Origin: an uncultured Negativicutes bacterium
GTDB lineage: Bacteria; Bacillota; Negativicutes; JBAXTZ01
Direction of reading: 5' to 3'
Assembly: GCA_963721525.1 (NCBI GenBank)
Contig: CAVRJL010000015.1
Span: 91,771 to 155,770 of the forward strand
DNA length: 64,000 nucleotides
Shown: positions 9,551 through 21,987 of the stretch, in pieces
How the letters are laid out: each line of letters begins with the position of its first letter
Numbering within the stretch: position 1 is the first letter of the stretch
Translations under genes and position numbers: made by a program
The notes under the pieces: model-generated
What the model was told of the DNA's origin: nothing
What the model saw: the letters and a program-made list of their open reading frames with translations, nothing else
Databases searched by the model: none

Positions 9551-12032
9551 TTATTTTAGCTTAAGAATAATTTTTTCTCTAGCTGTTGTCAAAAAAACCC
9601 TCATCCCTTCTTTTAATTCCCCTGTTACAATTTTTTTAGATATTTCTGTTTCTAAAGCCTTCTGTATCAATCTTTTTAATGGTCTTGCGCCAAATTGCGG
9701 ATCATAGCCTTTTTTCGCTATAATCTCTAATACTTTATCATCCCAAATGAGCGATACTGCAACCTGGTGTTTTAATCTATTCTTTAATTGAGTTAATAAT
9801 ATTGCCGATATCTGCATTATTTGTTCTATTAATAAAGCTTTAAATATTATTATTTCATCCACTCTATTAATAAATTCCGGTCTAAAATATATCTTTAATA
9901 AATTAAATACTGTTATTTTTGTATTTTCCCAATTCAGGCTATTTAATATTTCCTGCGATCCTAAATTTGAAGTCATTATTATAACAGTATTTTTTAAATC
10001 TACTACTCTTCCTTTATTATCTGTCAATCGTCCCTCGTCTAAAATTTGTAATAATATATTGAATATATCTGAATGCGCTTTTTCTATTTCATCAAATAAC
10101 ACTACGCTATACGGCTTACGTCTCACAGCTTTGGTTAATTGTCCTTCTTCTTCGTATCCAATATATCCTGGAGGTGCACCTATTAAACGAGCTAAAGAAT
10201 GTTTTTCCATATATTCGCTCATATCCAAACGTATTATCGCTCGTTCGCTATCAAAAAGCTGTTGGGCTAATGTTTTCGCTAGTTCAGTCTTTACAACCCC
10301 TGTAGGGCCTAAAAATATAAACGAACCTATTGGCCTATTTGGGTCCTTAATTCCCGCTCTTGCTCTTATAACTGCTTCATTTACAGCTGCTATAGCTTCA
10401 TCTTGCCCAACTACTCTTTTACTCAGTTCTTCTTTTAAATAAATCAGTTTTTGTCGCTCTCCGGTAAGCAATTTTGTTACAGGAACCCCTGTCCAAATGC
10501 TCACGACTTTCGCTATATCGTTCTCATCTACTTCCTCTTTTAATAAACGATTACCTGATTCGTTAGATAATTTTTCTTCTTCAGTTTTAATGTGTTTTTC
10601 TAATTTGGGCAATTCTCCATATTTCAATTCTGAAGCGCGGTTAAGTTCCCCTGCTCTTTCTGCCACTTCCATTTCTAACTTTGCATCGGTAATCATTTTT
10701 TTTATTTGTCTTAAACTACTTATTCCTTTTTTTCCTCTTCCCATTGTTTTCTCAATTTATCAACATAATTTTTAATTTGCGCAAGTTCTTCTTGTAATTT
10801 TATTAATCTATCTTGCGATACTTTATCTACTTCTTTTTTCAAAGCCTGTTCTTCTATTTGTAACTGCATAATTTCTCGCAATTTTTCATCAAGCTCTGTA
10901 GGCATAGATTCTATTTCTGTTTTCAATTTAGCTGCAGATTCATCCATTAAATCTATAGCTTTATCCGGTAAAAACCGATCTATTATGTATCTATCTGATA
11001 ATATTGCTGCGGCAACAAGAGCACTATCTCTTATTTTTACTCCGCAGCGTCTTTTTCTACGTATTTACGATATTCATTCAAAGTTGTAGCTCCTATGCAT
11101 TTTAATTCTCCGCGTGCAAGCATAGGTTTTAAAATATTTCCAGCATCTATTGATCCTTCTGATGCACCAGCTCCTACTATAGTATGCAACTCATCTATAA
11201 ATAAAATAATTTTCCCTTCAGTTTTAGCAATTCCATTCAAAACAGCTTTCAATCGTTCTTCAAATTCTCCTCGATATTTTGCGCCAGCAAGTAAAGCTCC
11301 CATATCAAGAGAATATAAAAATTTATTTTTCAAACTTTCTGGAACATCGTTTTTTATTATACGTTGAGCTAATCCTTCTACTATAGCGGTTTTACCTACT
11401 CCTGGTTCTCCAATTAAAACAGGATTATTTTTTGTTCGTCTAGATAAAATTTCAATTATTCGCCTTATTTCATCATCTCTACCAATAACAGGATCAAGCT
11501 TATTTTGTTTAGCTAACTGTGTAAAATCACGACCATATTTTTTTAATACTTCATATTGTTCTTCAGGACTATCTATCGTAATATTTATACCGCCTCGATA
11601 GTCTAAAATAGCCTTTTTAACACGATCATAAATTAGTCCGTAAGATTGACATAAATTTATAATCTCATCATCTCCTTCGCTACAAACAGCCAATAGCAAA
11701 TGTTCGACCCCAATAAATTTATCGCTCATAAAAGTCATAATTTGTTCGCTTTTATCAAAAATTCTAATTAAAGCAAGGCTAAAAGTTAATCTTTCAGAAA
11801 CGCCTTTTACAATTGGAATTTTCTTAAATATTTGTTCCACTCTAATATGTAATATTTTTTTATCAATATTCGCGCTTTTTAAAATAGCATCAATAATCTT
11901 TAAATCATTCTCTTCTAATAGAGATTTAAACAAATGAATAGTAGATACTTCCTGATGATGGTGAACTGCCGCCATTTGATGCGATTTTTGTAAAATAATC
12001 AACGATTTTTGTGTAAACTTTTCATGGTCCAT
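9551..12032 (-). pseudogene. clpB: clpB chaperone, disrupted into three ORF fragments (9551-10744, 10720-10947, 11037-12032)
   Basis: The N-domain, NBD1 Walker A (GEPGVGKT), the M-domain coiled coil and NBD2 (GPTGVGKTE, sensor 2) are all recognisable, but they fall in three different frames. There is a 1-nt frameshift in a T7 run at 10729-10735. About 31 codons are deleted between KDAA and GVKIRD near 11035, which removes the LERRFQ arginine-finger segment. Confidence 0.85.
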
Positions 12033-12106
12033 AAATAAACTCTTCCCTTATTATGTTCCTTCCTAACTAAAATTCAAGTTTGTCTAGATAGCCTAATTTA
12101 TCTAAT

Positions 12107-12997
12107 CTATATTTCAGCAATTTTTTTATAAAATTCTACTTTCTTTTCACTTAAAAATGCAGGTATATCTATCAAAATTTTTAGAAGAGCATCTCCCTTC
12201 TTTCCGTTTTTTCTTTTAAAACTTTGTCCAGAAATGCGCAATATTTTTCCTGAACGCGTATTAGGTGGAATATTTATTTCAATTTTTCCTGTGGGTAAAT
12301 TAACTATCTTTTTACATCCTAGCACAGCTTGTTCAGGATAAATTGTTATGCTTGTTACGATATCATAATTTCCTGATAAACGCCAAACTCCGCTAGGATC
12401 AGGCTTTAACTTTAATAATAATACTCCGCCATTGTTCCCTATTTTACTTAATCTCAAAATTGAATTTGGCAAAGAATTTTGGGGAATATTAATTTCTATT
12501 GTTTTAATTTTTTCATCAGTTTTAATAGAAATTCTCTTTTGGGTTCCCATAAGCAATTGGTCTACAGGTATTTCAATTGATGCATTACTTTCTTCAACTT
12601 GTTCCTCATAATTAGAACCAGAAAATCGATTATTATTGTCGGTATAAGACCTTTTATCGCTAAAAATATCGCTAAAAACCGCACTGAAAAAATCAGAAAA
12701 TCCATTTGTGCTTTGAAAAGAAAAGTTGGTATTATTTTTAAAATCTCCATAGTTAAATTCTTGGCCTGTTTGCCAATTACTTCCAAAAGAGTCATATTTT
12801 TTTCTTTTTTCAGGATCTCCTAACGCTTCGTAAGCTTCATTTATTTGTTTAAATTTTTCTTCAGCTTTTTTTTTCGCTTCTCCTTTATGTCTATCAGGAT
12901 GCCACTGTTTCGCCAATTTACGATAAGCTTTTTTTATTTCTTGATCATCGCAACCACGTTTAACTCCTAAAACATCATAATAATCAATATATTTCAC
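12107..12997 (-). CDS. DnaJ-domain protein (CbpA-like co-chaperone without a zinc-finger domain)
   Basis: N-terminal J domain (YYDVLGV...HPDR) and DnaJ C-terminal beta-sandwich domains. No CxxCxGxG repeats. Confidence 0.8.
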   Translation of the reverse strand: MKYIDYYDVLGVKRGCDDQEIKKAYRKLAKQWHPDRHKGEAKKKAEEKFKQINEAYEALGDPEKRKKYDSFGSNWQTGQEFNYGDFKNNTNFSFQSTNGFSDFFSAVFSDIFSDKRSYTDNNNRFSGSNYEEQVEESNASIEIPVDQLLMGTQKRISIKTDEKIKTIEINIPQNSLPNSILRLSKIGNNGGVLLLKLKPDPSGVWRLSGNYDIVTSITIYPEQAVLGCKKIVNLPTGKIEINIPPNTRSGKILRISGQSFKRKNGKKGDALLKILIDIPAFLSEKKVEFYKKIAEI

Positions 12998-13037
12998 TAA
13001 ATTTTCTCCAGTTTTTAAATGATTTTGATAATGAAAT

Positions 13038-14015
13038 TTATTTTACCAAATCTGAAGCAAAGACCACTTGTATACCTGACTCTTCAATTTCATTTAGCAT
13101 TTCTTTAAAGGCTTGTACAGTATGTGGCCTAGCATGACCTATAGCAATTATACAACCATATTCTTGTGCCATATTTATCGCTTTACGAATCATTGTTTTA
13201 ATTTTTTCAACATTTGTGCTATTGTCTAAAAATATACCATTTTCACTTGTAGGAACTCCACATTCTGTAGCCACATTGCAAACAACACTGTTAGGTACCG
13301 TTTTACTGTCAATAAAAAATAGTTTTCCATACTGTTTGACTGTTTTCATCACTATCTTCATAACTCTTTTGCTTTGGGTAGCTTTTGAGCCTTGATGATT
13401 GTTTATTCCTACCAATTCAGGAGTTGCTGCAATAGCATTCATTATTAATTGTTGTATCTGTTTATCTGTCATAGTTGCTTTAATAGTAATTTTCTCAGCG
13501 GAGCAATTTCCTATTGCCTCCATAGGTAAATGCAGCATAACCTGTTTCCCATTACTATGAGCTAAAGAGATAACTGCTTTGCTTGCCGTCAGATAAGGAA
13601 TAACTGAAAAAGTTAAAGGTATATTTATTTTTGCTAAATTTTCTGCTTCATTATAAGAATATCCGCAATCATCTATAATAAATGCTATTTTTCCATGACC
13701 TCTAACTATTTTAACTTTTGGGAATTTATAATTTTTAAGTTTATTAGGTTTTTGAAAAATTTTCTCTTGTGCTTTTGCTACATTTTCTGTTCCTTTTATA
13801 GATTCTTTTTGTTCATCTTCGTTTAATGAATTTGAAGTTTTTATAGATTCTTTTTGTTCGTCTTCGTTCAATGAATTTGAAATTTGTTGTTTAACAGAAG
13901 TCTGTTGATTAACATTTGCACTTATAAAAAACACGCTTGCAATAAAGCTTATAATAATTATTAAAGCAATTATAAAAATAACTGGTTTTTTCTTTGTATA
14001 TTTTCCCCCACTCAT
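13038..14015 (-). CDS. Divergent polysaccharide deacetylase family protein (YibQ-like) with an N-terminal TM segment
   Basis: The C-terminal region matches the YibQ/DUF610 pattern (IIDDCGYS...HLPME...NNHQGS). It contains an in-frame 45-bp tandem duplication ([14 protein letters not shown] x2). Confidence 0.65.
   Translation of the reverse strand: MSGGKYTKKKPVIFIIALIIIISFIASVFFISANVNQQTSVKQQISNSLNEDEQKESIKTSNSLNEDEQKESIKGTENVAKAQEKIFQKPNKLKNYKFPKVKIVRGHGKIAFIIDDCGYSYNEAENLAKINIPLTFSVIPYLTASKAVISLAHSNGKQVMLHLPMEAIGNCSAEKITIKATMTDKQIQQLIMNAIAATPELVGINNHQGSKATQSKRVMKIVMKTVKQYGKLFFIDSKTVPNSVVCNVATECGVPTSENGIFLDNSTNVEKIKTMIRKAINMAQEYGCIIAIGHARPHTVQAFKEMLNEIEESGIQVVFASDLVK
13796..13885. repeat. 45-bp x2 imperfect tandem repeat inside the YibQ-like CDS (3 mismatches)
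   Basis: TTATAGATTCTTTTTGTTC[A/G]TCTTCGTT[T/C]AATGAATTTGAA[G/A]TT is repeated with a 45-nt period. Confidence 0.85.
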
Positions 14016-14725
14016 ATAGCTTCCATCCTTTCTAGTTAATATGTATATTATATAACAATAATTCTTTGTATAAAAAATATAAAATTAGACGTTTATTTGC
14101 CAACATGGGCGTAAAAATATTAAATATATCCGCAAAAACAATTTTTTCCACTTCGCCAGATTACAGTTATACTTTTACACCTTAATATATACGACAACTA
14201 TCCAAAAGCTCTAAGAAAAATAGAATAATGTATATCTGCATACATGTACTTATTACTAAAAGATTAACCGCATAATAATTATCTAAAGCAGAAATATCAT
14301 GAAATAATGCACTATTAATCATCCTTGCTTGAGAATAAAGTGATTAATTTTGTATTTTTATCTTTTATTTTATAGTAAAATATGTTACCGTCAATGATTT
14401 ATGTTTATTTTATTATTAAACCATTCTTACGTTTAAATCATTATCACTTGACTTCATCTAAATTAGTTGAACTATTGTCGATAAAATGCCCTGTTATGCT
14501 GATATTTCTCCTTTTCCATTATTTTATACAATCTAACTTTTCGAGTATATAGTTATTGTTAAACACAAAATACCAAAGTTAAAATCAAAGATGGTAATTT
14601 TCTATGTTTTCCTCGTTTGGCTAGTTTTTATCTTTATAAAAGCGTAAATAATATTAATTTTTATCATAATCATGAATACAATCATGTGAATATTTATATA
14701 AGTTATAAGTAAAAATATTTTACAT

Positions 14726-15061
14726 TTATCTAAAATTAAGATGAAGCTTTATAGCATTATTAACCTGTTCTTGCTGTTTTTTAGATAATTGACCAATTTT
14801 TCTTTTTAACCTGAGTTTATTAATAGTACGTATCTGTTCACATTTTGCTTTACTATCTTTATCTAAACCATTTTTAACCTCATTTAAAAGAACTTGAAAA
14901 GGGTATACTTTTGATAATCGACTTGATATAGGAATGATAGTAATAAGTGGCGAAGCACTATTAAAAAAATTATTACTAATAATTATAGCCGGACGTACCT
15001 TATCAGTTTCAGCTGATATTTCCATAGCTAGTTCAACTAAATATATTTCTCCACGTTTCAT
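14726..15061 (-). CDS. mazF: Type II toxin, MazF/PemK family endoribonuclease
   Basis: 111 aa with a PemK/MazF pattern (RGEIYLV...RPAIIIS...IIPISS...QIRTI). It overlaps the upstream small ORF by 4 nt. Confidence 0.8.
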   Translation of the reverse strand: MKRGEIYLVELAMEISAETDKVRPAIIISNNFFNSASPLITIIPISSRLSKVYPFQVLLNEVKNGLDKDSKAKCEQIRTINKLRLKRKIGQLSKKQQEQVNNAIKLHLNFR

Positions 15062-15282
15062 GCTAAATCACCGTCGGTTATACTCCACACAACATTCTCT
15101 TTTTGTTCTATTTTATCTCTTCCGTATGGTTCATATATTTTATTAAATAAATAATTCTGATAATGCTGTAAAGCAACAGTAATTATCGAAGAAGCAGTTT
15201 TGTGATATTTCTGCTGAAGCTTATGAACGAAATTAGATAATTCAATAGGTAAACATATCGATATTTTCTCTTTATTAATCAT
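15058..15282 (-). CDS. Putative antitoxin (RHH/MazE-like small DNA-binding protein)
   Basis: 74 aa ORF immediately upstream of the MazF-like toxin, overlapping it by 4 nt in the classic TA operon arrangement. The N-terminus has ribbon-helix-helix-like character. Confidence 0.55.
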   Translation of the reverse strand: MINKEKISICLPIELSNFVHKLQQKYHKTASSIITVALQHYQNYLFNKIYEPYGRDKIEQKENVVWSITDGDLA

Positions 15283-15934
15283 AATATTGCCTTTACGATG
15301 CCCTTTCTTTCTTTAAACGATAATAAATTATACTGCAAAAAAAAATTATTGTAAATAAACTTAATATTTAAAAGCAACAAAAATTCACTGAAAAAATATC
15401 GAAGTAACATTTTTCATCACCAAAATACATAAATTTATTAATAAATATTAGGTAGAAAAAATATAAATGAACTTACAAATTATCGTAAGTTCATTTATAT
15501 TTGTTAGTTTCTTACTTTGAGCAATCGATAATAAATATTCTTTTAATCAAATTTAAATAAACAATATTCTACTTATCTCTCATTATCTCTCAAAACGATA
15601 CTGTTTACAACCAATGTTTAAGTTAATATTACTTACAAACTTATATAATCTTTTGTACAGCCCTACTACGCCGTTTATTTATTGTGTTATTTTTTCCTAT
15701 TTTATTATATTCAATATACAGTTAAAAGGTTAAAAGGTTAATAGAATTATTATACCTATTTCTTACTTCAAAATTTATTTTAACTAAAAAGAAGATATTT
15801 TACTGTGCAACTCCTAATTGATATCGCAGCTATCTATAGAACTACTTTTAGGTAATAGCAAAATGAACAAAATTACAAGAAGTATTTTTATGTTTTCACT
15901 ATCTACTTATTATAGCATTTGTAAGCTATAATAA

Positions 15935-16009
15935 TGGAGCGGGTGATGGGGATCGAACCCACGCAACCAGCTTGGAAGGCTGGGGCTCTACCACTGAGCT
16001 ACACCCGCA
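15935..16009 (-). tRNA. tRNA-Gly (anticodon TCC)
   Basis: The reverse complement folds as a cloverleaf with a GCGGGTG/CACCCGC acceptor stem, a CTTCCAA anticodon loop, a GTTCGATCC T-loop and a 3' CCA. Confidence 0.85.
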
Positions 16010-16021
16010 CTAAACATTTAC

Positions 16022-16098
16022 TGGTCGGAGCGGCAGGATTCGAACCTGCGGCCTCCTGGTCCCAAGCCAGGCGCTCTACCAAGCTAAGCTACGCCCCG
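16022..16098 (-). tRNA. tRNA-Pro (anticodon TGG)
   Basis: The reverse complement has a CGGGGCG acceptor stem, a CTTGGGA anticodon loop, a GGTTCGAATCC T-arm and a 3' CCA. Confidence 0.85.
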
Positions 16099-16213
16099 TA
16101 ATTTTTCAATAATACTATTTTTCAATATATAACTTATAGAAAAGTTAATTAATAGCAACGCCCATCATTATAAATCTTTCTTTAACTTATTGTCAATGAT
16201 TAAAAACCAAAAT

Positions 16214-17590
16214 TTACAAAATAAATTGCGTTAGATCTTGATTTGTCACAATTTTACTCAGCTTTTGCTGAACATATTTTCTATCTATTTTTATTAAACC
16301 TGGATTTTCAGGTGCATTAAAAGATATATCTTCCATCAATTTTTCCATAATAGTATGTAAACGTCTTGCTCCGATATTTTCGGTTTCCATGTTTATTTTA
16401 GCAGCTATTTCTGCAATTTCGTCTAAAGCATCTTTTTCATATTCAACTTGTATTTTTTCTGTTTCTAAAAGATTTACATATTGCTTTATAAGCGAATTAG
16501 AAGGTTCTGTTAATATTTTTTTAAAATCTTCTTTACTTAAACTTTCTAATTCTACTCTTATTGGAAATCTCCCTTGCAATTCCGGTATTAAATCAGACGG
16601 TTTTGACATGTGAAAAGCCCCAGCTGCTATAAATAAAATATGATCTGTTTTAACAGCACCATGTTTCGTCATCACAGTAGAACCTTCAACGATAGGTAGT
16701 ATATCTCTTTGTACTCCTTCTCGAGAAACATCAGGACCAGCAGACCCGTTTCCGCGTCCTGCAATTTTATCTATTTCATCAACAAAAATAATTCCCGAAT
16801 TTTCTGCGAGTCTTACTCCATCTCTATTTATTTCGTCTGTATCAATTAATTTTTGTGCTTCCTCCTGCTCAAATATTTTTCTCGCTTCACTCACTTTCAT
16901 TTTACGTTTTTTGTTTTTTTTAGGGATCATATTGGTAATCATTTCCTGTAAATTCATTCCTAATTCTTCCATATTTCCTACTCCAAGCATACCTAGCATA
17001 GGAACTCCCGTTGATTCAATTAAAACCTCAATTATTTCATTTTCTAACTCTCCAGCGCGTAACTTTTCTCTTAATTTTTCACGATCATTTTTTTCACTAT
17101 CCTGTGAATCAGGTTGCTGTACACCGCTTGTACCAAATAATAAACCCAAAGGATTTACCGAACTATTTGACTGTTTAGTTGGGAAAAAACAATCTAATAT
17201 CCTTTCTTCAGCAACTTCTATAGCTCTTTTTTTTACACTTTTTACTTTTTGTTTTTTTATAATGCGAATTGCTTCCGCTATTAAATCTCTAATTATAGAT
17301 TCGACATCTCTGCCAACATACCCCACTTCTGTAAATTTAGTAGCTTCTACCTTTATAAAAGGAGCATTCGTCAATTTAGCCAATCGCCTGGCAATTTCTG
17401 TTTTTCCCACTCCTGTCGGCCCAATCATCAAAATATTTTTGGGAATAATGTCTTCTTGAACCTCTTTGGGCAAATTACGGGCACGCCAACGATTACGTAA
17501 CGCTATGGCTACAGATTTTTTTGCTGCTCCCTGTCCTACTATATATTTATCAAGCTCAGCTACAATTTGTTTAGGTGTTAATTCTAACAA
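16214..17590 (-). CDS. hslU: ATP-dependent protease ATPase subunit HslU
   Basis: 458 aa. It has Walker A ([15 protein letters not shown]), the I-domain insertion, and a C-terminal sensor region. Confidence 0.95.
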   Translation of the reverse strand: MLELTPKQIVAELDKYIVGQGAAKKSVAIALRNRWRARNLPKEVQEDIIPKNILMIGPTGVGKTEIARRLAKLTNAPFIKVEATKFTEVGYVGRDVESIIRDLIAEAIRIIKKQKVKSVKKRAIEVAEERILDCFFPTKQSNSSVNPLGLLFGTSGVQQPDSQDSEKNDREKLREKLRAGELENEIIEVLIESTGVPMLGMLGVGNMEELGMNLQEMITNMIPKKNKKRKMKVSEARKIFEQEEAQKLIDTDEINRDGVRLAENSGIIFVDEIDKIAGRGNGSAGPDVSREGVQRDILPIVEGSTVMTKHGAVKTDHILFIAAGAFHMSKPSDLIPELQGRFPIRVELESLSKEDFKKILTEPSNSLIKQYVNLLETEKIQVEYEKDALDEIAEIAAKINMETENIGARRLHTIMEKLMEDISFNAPENPGLIKIDRKYVQQKLSKIVTNQDLTQFIL

Positions 17591-17606
17591 TTAATTTTCC
17601 TCCAAT

Positions 17607-18155
17607 TTATAATGTTTCGACAACAATGTGCCTATTAGTATAAACACAAATATCTGCAGCAATTTGCATAGACTTTTCTACAACTTCTTCTGCTGATAAC
17701 TCTGAATACGAGACTAATGCTCGAGCAGCTGCTAAAGCAAATGCTCCGCCCGAACCTATTGCACATATTCCATCATCAGGTTCTATAACTTCTCCTGTTC
17801 CTGATATTAGCAATATTTTTTCAATATCAGCAACTATAAGCATAGCTTCCAGTCTTCTTAAAACCCGGTCCGTACGCCAATCTTTTGCTAACTCAACAGC
17901 TGCACGTAACAAATTTCCGTTAAATTCTTGTAATTTCCCTTCAAATTTCCCAAACAATGCAAACGCATCTGCCACAGAACCAGCAAATCCTGATATAACC
18001 TTGTTATTATAAATCCTGCGCACTTTCTTCGCATTATGTTTCATAATCATCGTTTGGCCAAATGTTACCTGTCCGTCACCTGCAATTGCCGTTTTACCTT
18101 TATGATTTATAGCTACAATAGTAGTGCCACGAAAACTATTAGTAATTTCTCCCAT
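17607..18155 (-). CDS. hslV: ATP-dependent protease subunit HslV
   Basis: 182 aa, with the N-terminal Thr active site after Met processing ([11 protein letters not shown]...GDGQVT). Confidence 0.95.
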   Translation of the reverse strand: MGEITNSFRGTTIVAINHKGKTAIAGDGQVTFGQTMIMKHNAKKVRRIYNNKVISGFAGSVADAFALFGKFEGKLQEFNGNLLRAAVELAKDWRTDRVLRRLEAMLIVADIEKILLISGTGEVIEPDDGICAIGSGGAFALAAARALVSYSELSAEEVVEKSMQIAADICVYTNRHIVVETL

Positions 18156-19419
18156 ATTATTCCTTTCTTAATTTAATTATTACTTTAAAAATTAATCTTA
18201 TTTTTCAAAACTCTTAATCTTATTTTTATATTCTTAAATATGTAGGATTATAATTACTTCTTAATCTTTTAAAAATAACATGAGTATGAAGAGGAATAGC
18301 AGCTAAATTAGATAGCTGACAAATAAAAAATCATGACTATTAGTTTGATTATATAATTCAAGACGTACTTTTTGCAAATAATTTTTTACTACCTTTATAG
18401 CTATTTTATTTATATACATGATTTTTCCTTTTCCACCCTTTACCTAAAATTAAAAAAACCTAAATATTCTTAATAGTAACCTCATAAGCTGCTTACTCGT
18501 GGGACTGAAAAATATAGCATCTTTATAATATATTTACCCTTAATACATAATATTATAAATCTTATTTAGTAAAAAATTCATCTGTTTAATATCTAATTTC
18601 AATAAAGATATAGTCAAAAAAAATAGTTTTTGCGAATTATTCGGGTAATAAATAACTATAAAAAGATCTTAAGGCTGATAATTTACGACTGATAGACCTT
18701 TTTTTGTCATATCCAAAAAGTCCTTATATCAAACAAAGAAACTATTTTTTCTGTTCTCCATAAAAATAATATTTATCTTTTTTTATTTTTTATCTTTTCT
18801 AAAATAGGTGAAATAAAATCACGTTTTGTGTTCTTAAACTGACTATTGGATATATTATTATCTGTAACATATCTTAAAAAAAATTTAAATAACATTAAAG
18901 CAATTAAAGTCTTTTTATACTCTTTACGGGCAGCATTTATGTTTAAAACCACGCCTGCGCCAGCTGATTAACCTGCTATTCTAATAATTTTACCTACCAT
19001 AAAAGATCTCACTTCTATATATCTTAAAATTAGTAAGGGCTGTAGATTCATCCAATGTATTATACCTCTTTTCCTTAATTTTGTGACACTACTTATCTAA
19101 ATAGATCTCTCTTTAAATCTTTTAAGCTAATTGATTTTTCTTCTATGTGATGTGAACAAAATCGATCGTATTATTCCTTCTCCACAAAATAATTTATCAG
19201 CCTACTTTTATTATATAGATAAATAATATAAATATTATCTAAACTAATCCTATTATGATATATTATGGGTCTAACTGTATCATAAAAATATGACATTTTA
19301 TGAACTAGAATGAGTTTTTAGATCTCAATTCAACCAACTTTATCGTACAATCTATTTTATAAGTTAACCAATTAACTTTTCTGACTTTAATTTCTGTTCT
19401 GATCATATTCATTATTAAA

Positions 19420-21519
19420 TTATTGTTTATTTACTATAATTTCGACTTTTTTAGTATTCTTATCTTTTTTCCCATAACCACAAAAAAAACAATATTTGCC
19501 TAAAAAATGTCCTTTAAATATTTTTTTAAACAAATACTTATCGCATTTAGGACATTTTTCTTCAAAAGGAATATCCCAAGAAGCAAACATACATTTTGGA
19601 TATGTACTACACCCAAAAAATTTTGATCCTTTTTTACTTTTTTTCTCTGTTAAAAATCCTTTATTACAACTTTGACAAATAAATTCAGTTATTTTTTTAA
19701 TTTTTTTAGAAAACTTACATTCAGGGTAAGCAGGACAAGCTAAAAATTCCCCAAATCGTCCTTTTTTATAGACTAGATTTTTATTACAATTATCACATAA
19801 TTCTTCAGATATTTTTTCAGGAAACTTTTGTTTCTGTAACGTGACTTCTGCTCTTTCTAAATCACCCTTAAAAGAATCAAAAAATTTTCTTAGAACCTCT
19901 ACTCGTTTTTTTTCTCCTGCTGCTATCTCATCAAGTTTACCTTCCATAGAAGCTGTAAATTTTATATCTACGATTGACGCAAAATATTGTTTTAATAAGT
20001 CATTGACAATATAACCCAATTTTGTAAGGAAAAAATTTTTATCTATTTTTTCAACATAACCTCTATTTGTTATTGTCTCAATAATAGGTACGTAAGTACT
20101 TGGGCGTCCTATTCCCATCTCTTCTAAGTATTTAATCAATGATGCCTCATTATATCTTGCCGGTGGCTCAGTAAATTTTTGTTTAGATTGAATTTCGACT
20201 AACCCTAATTTTTCTCCAATGTTAATCGGAGGAATAATTTTAGTTTTCTTTTTTTTCTCTTTATCATCATAAACTATTGTAAATCCAGCAAATTTTACTC
20301 TTGACCCGGAGGCTTTTAATAAATACTTACCAGCCTGTATTTCACAAGTTGTTACATCATACACTACAGGAGATATTTGGCTTGCAATAAATCTTTCCCA
20401 GACAAGTTTATACACTTTCCATAAATTGCTATCAACATTATCTTTTAATTGTTCTGGAAGAATACGAGCATCCACAGGCCTTATAGCCTCATGTGCATCT
20501 TGAGCCGCTTTCTTTTTGTAAACATTTGGCTTTATGGGTAAATACTGAGATCCGAAAGTATCTATTATTATTTTTCTTGCTAATTCGATAGACTGCTGTG
20601 ATAAACGAAAAGAATCTGTCCTCATATAAGTTATTAATCCTGTATGTCCAATACCTTTTATTTCTAATCCTTCATATAATTGCTGAGCCAAGTGCATTGT
20701 TTTTTTTGGAGAAAACCCTAATCGGTGTGAACATTCTTGTTGCATAGAACTTGTTATAAACGGAGGCAAAGAGTTACGCTTTCTTTCTTTGTGGTTTAAA
20801 AAATTTACAATATATGTGCTTTTTTTTAAATCCGATATAATTAAATCATTTTGTTTTTTATTTATTATGTCGAATTTTTTTCCATTTAGTTTTATTAAGG
20901 TTACAGTAAATTTTTTGTTTTTATCGACTTCTAATAATACATCAATAGTCCAATATTCTTTAGGAATAAACGCTTTTATTTCATTTTCACGGTCGCAAAT
21001 ACAACTTACAACGACAGATTGCACTCTACCTGCACTTAACCCCTTTTGTACTTTTTTCCATAATAAAGGGCTAAGTTTATAACCTACTATACGATCAAGT
21101 ATCCGTCTTGTTTGTTGAGCTTCAACAAGGTTTAAATCGATATTTCTCGGATTGTTAATCGCTTCTGTAACACAAGTTTTAGTGATTTCATTAAAAACAA
21201 TTCTGCATAATTCGTAGCTATCTATTCCAAGCATTTCTGCAATATGCCAGGCTATTGCTTCTCCTTCACGGTCAGGGTCAGTAGCAATATAAATTTTGTC
21301 AACTTTATTAGCTTCTTTTTTTAATTCTGTTATGGTAGCACGCTTATCTCGTATAATAATATATTTGGGTTCAAAATCATTTTCTATATTTATTCCAAAT
21401 TGGCTTTTAGGCAAATTTCTTATATGCCCTTTTGACGATTTTACTGTAAAATCTTTACCTAAATATTTTTCAATCGTTTTCGCTTTTGCGGGAGATTCAA
21501 CTAAAATTAGTTTTTTCAA
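19420..21519 (-). CDS. topA: DNA topoisomerase I
   Basis: 699 aa with an N-terminal Toprim domain (KKLILVESPAKAKTI), the catalytic Tyr region, and C-terminal C4 zinc ribbons. Confidence 0.95.
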   Translation of the reverse strand: MKKLILVESPAKAKTIEKYLGKDFTVKSSKGHIRNLPKSQFGINIENDFEPKYIIIRDKRATITELKKEANKVDKIYIATDPDREGEAIAWHIAEMLGIDSYELCRIVFNEITKTCVTEAINNPRNIDLNLVEAQQTRRILDRIVGYKLSPLLWKKVQKGLSAGRVQSVVVSCICDRENEIKAFIPKEYWTIDVLLEVDKNKKFTVTLIKLNGKKFDIINKKQNDLIISDLKKSTYIVNFLNHKERKRNSLPPFITSSMQQECSHRLGFSPKKTMHLAQQLYEGLEIKGIGHTGLITYMRTDSFRLSQQSIELARKIIIDTFGSQYLPIKPNVYKKKAAQDAHEAIRPVDARILPEQLKDNVDSNLWKVYKLVWERFIASQISPVVYDVTTCEIQAGKYLLKASGSRVKFAGFTIVYDDKEKKKKTKIIPPINIGEKLGLVEIQSKQKFTEPPARYNEASLIKYLEEMGIGRPSTYVPIIETITNRGYVEKIDKNFFLTKLGYIVNDLLKQYFASIVDIKFTASMEGKLDEIAAGEKKRVEVLRKFFDSFKGDLERAEVTLQKQKFPEKISEELCDNCNKNLVYKKGRFGEFLACPAYPECKFSKKIKKITEFICQSCNKGFLTEKKSKKGSKFFGCSTYPKCMFASWDIPFEEKCPKCDKYLFKKIFKGHFLGKYCFFCGYGKKDKNTKKVEIIVNKQ

Positions 21520-21987
21520 GTTTTTCCTCCTAATGTTTCCTAAATATATTTTTTATCATACTCTTTACGCACAAAAACACGTATACTCATACTGTATAAA
21601 ATAACATATATTTTTTATTTAAAACTCTACAATTCAGTAGTAAACCACCCACACTTTAAGGATAACTTAAATATAAACTACTATATATTTATTCTTCCCA
21701 GTTATTCGAAAATGAATAATTTTTTGATATTTAATAAGTTTTTATTTGATATCTATCTAATAATATCGTCAGCTATTGTGTCAGAAACTAGGCCATTAAT
21801 TATTCAATAAGGTTTTTATTTTTTTAAATAAGACATAAAATTTTTCCGATTGCCTTCTGGTACCGCGATAAATTTACAGTACCCTTTTTTATACCTATAC
21901 ATATTAAATAACATACTTCGCATCAGCATGCAAAAAGGCTTCTTTATAATTTTATTAAAGCCGGAGCATGACATTTATCATTTACAA

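Noticed and set aside
15721-15745. Short GTTAAAAGGTTAAAAGGTTAATAG repeat near tRNA-Gly
   Set aside because: Only 2.5 copies of an 11-mer in AT-rich spacer, most likely simple-sequence slippage. No evidence of function.
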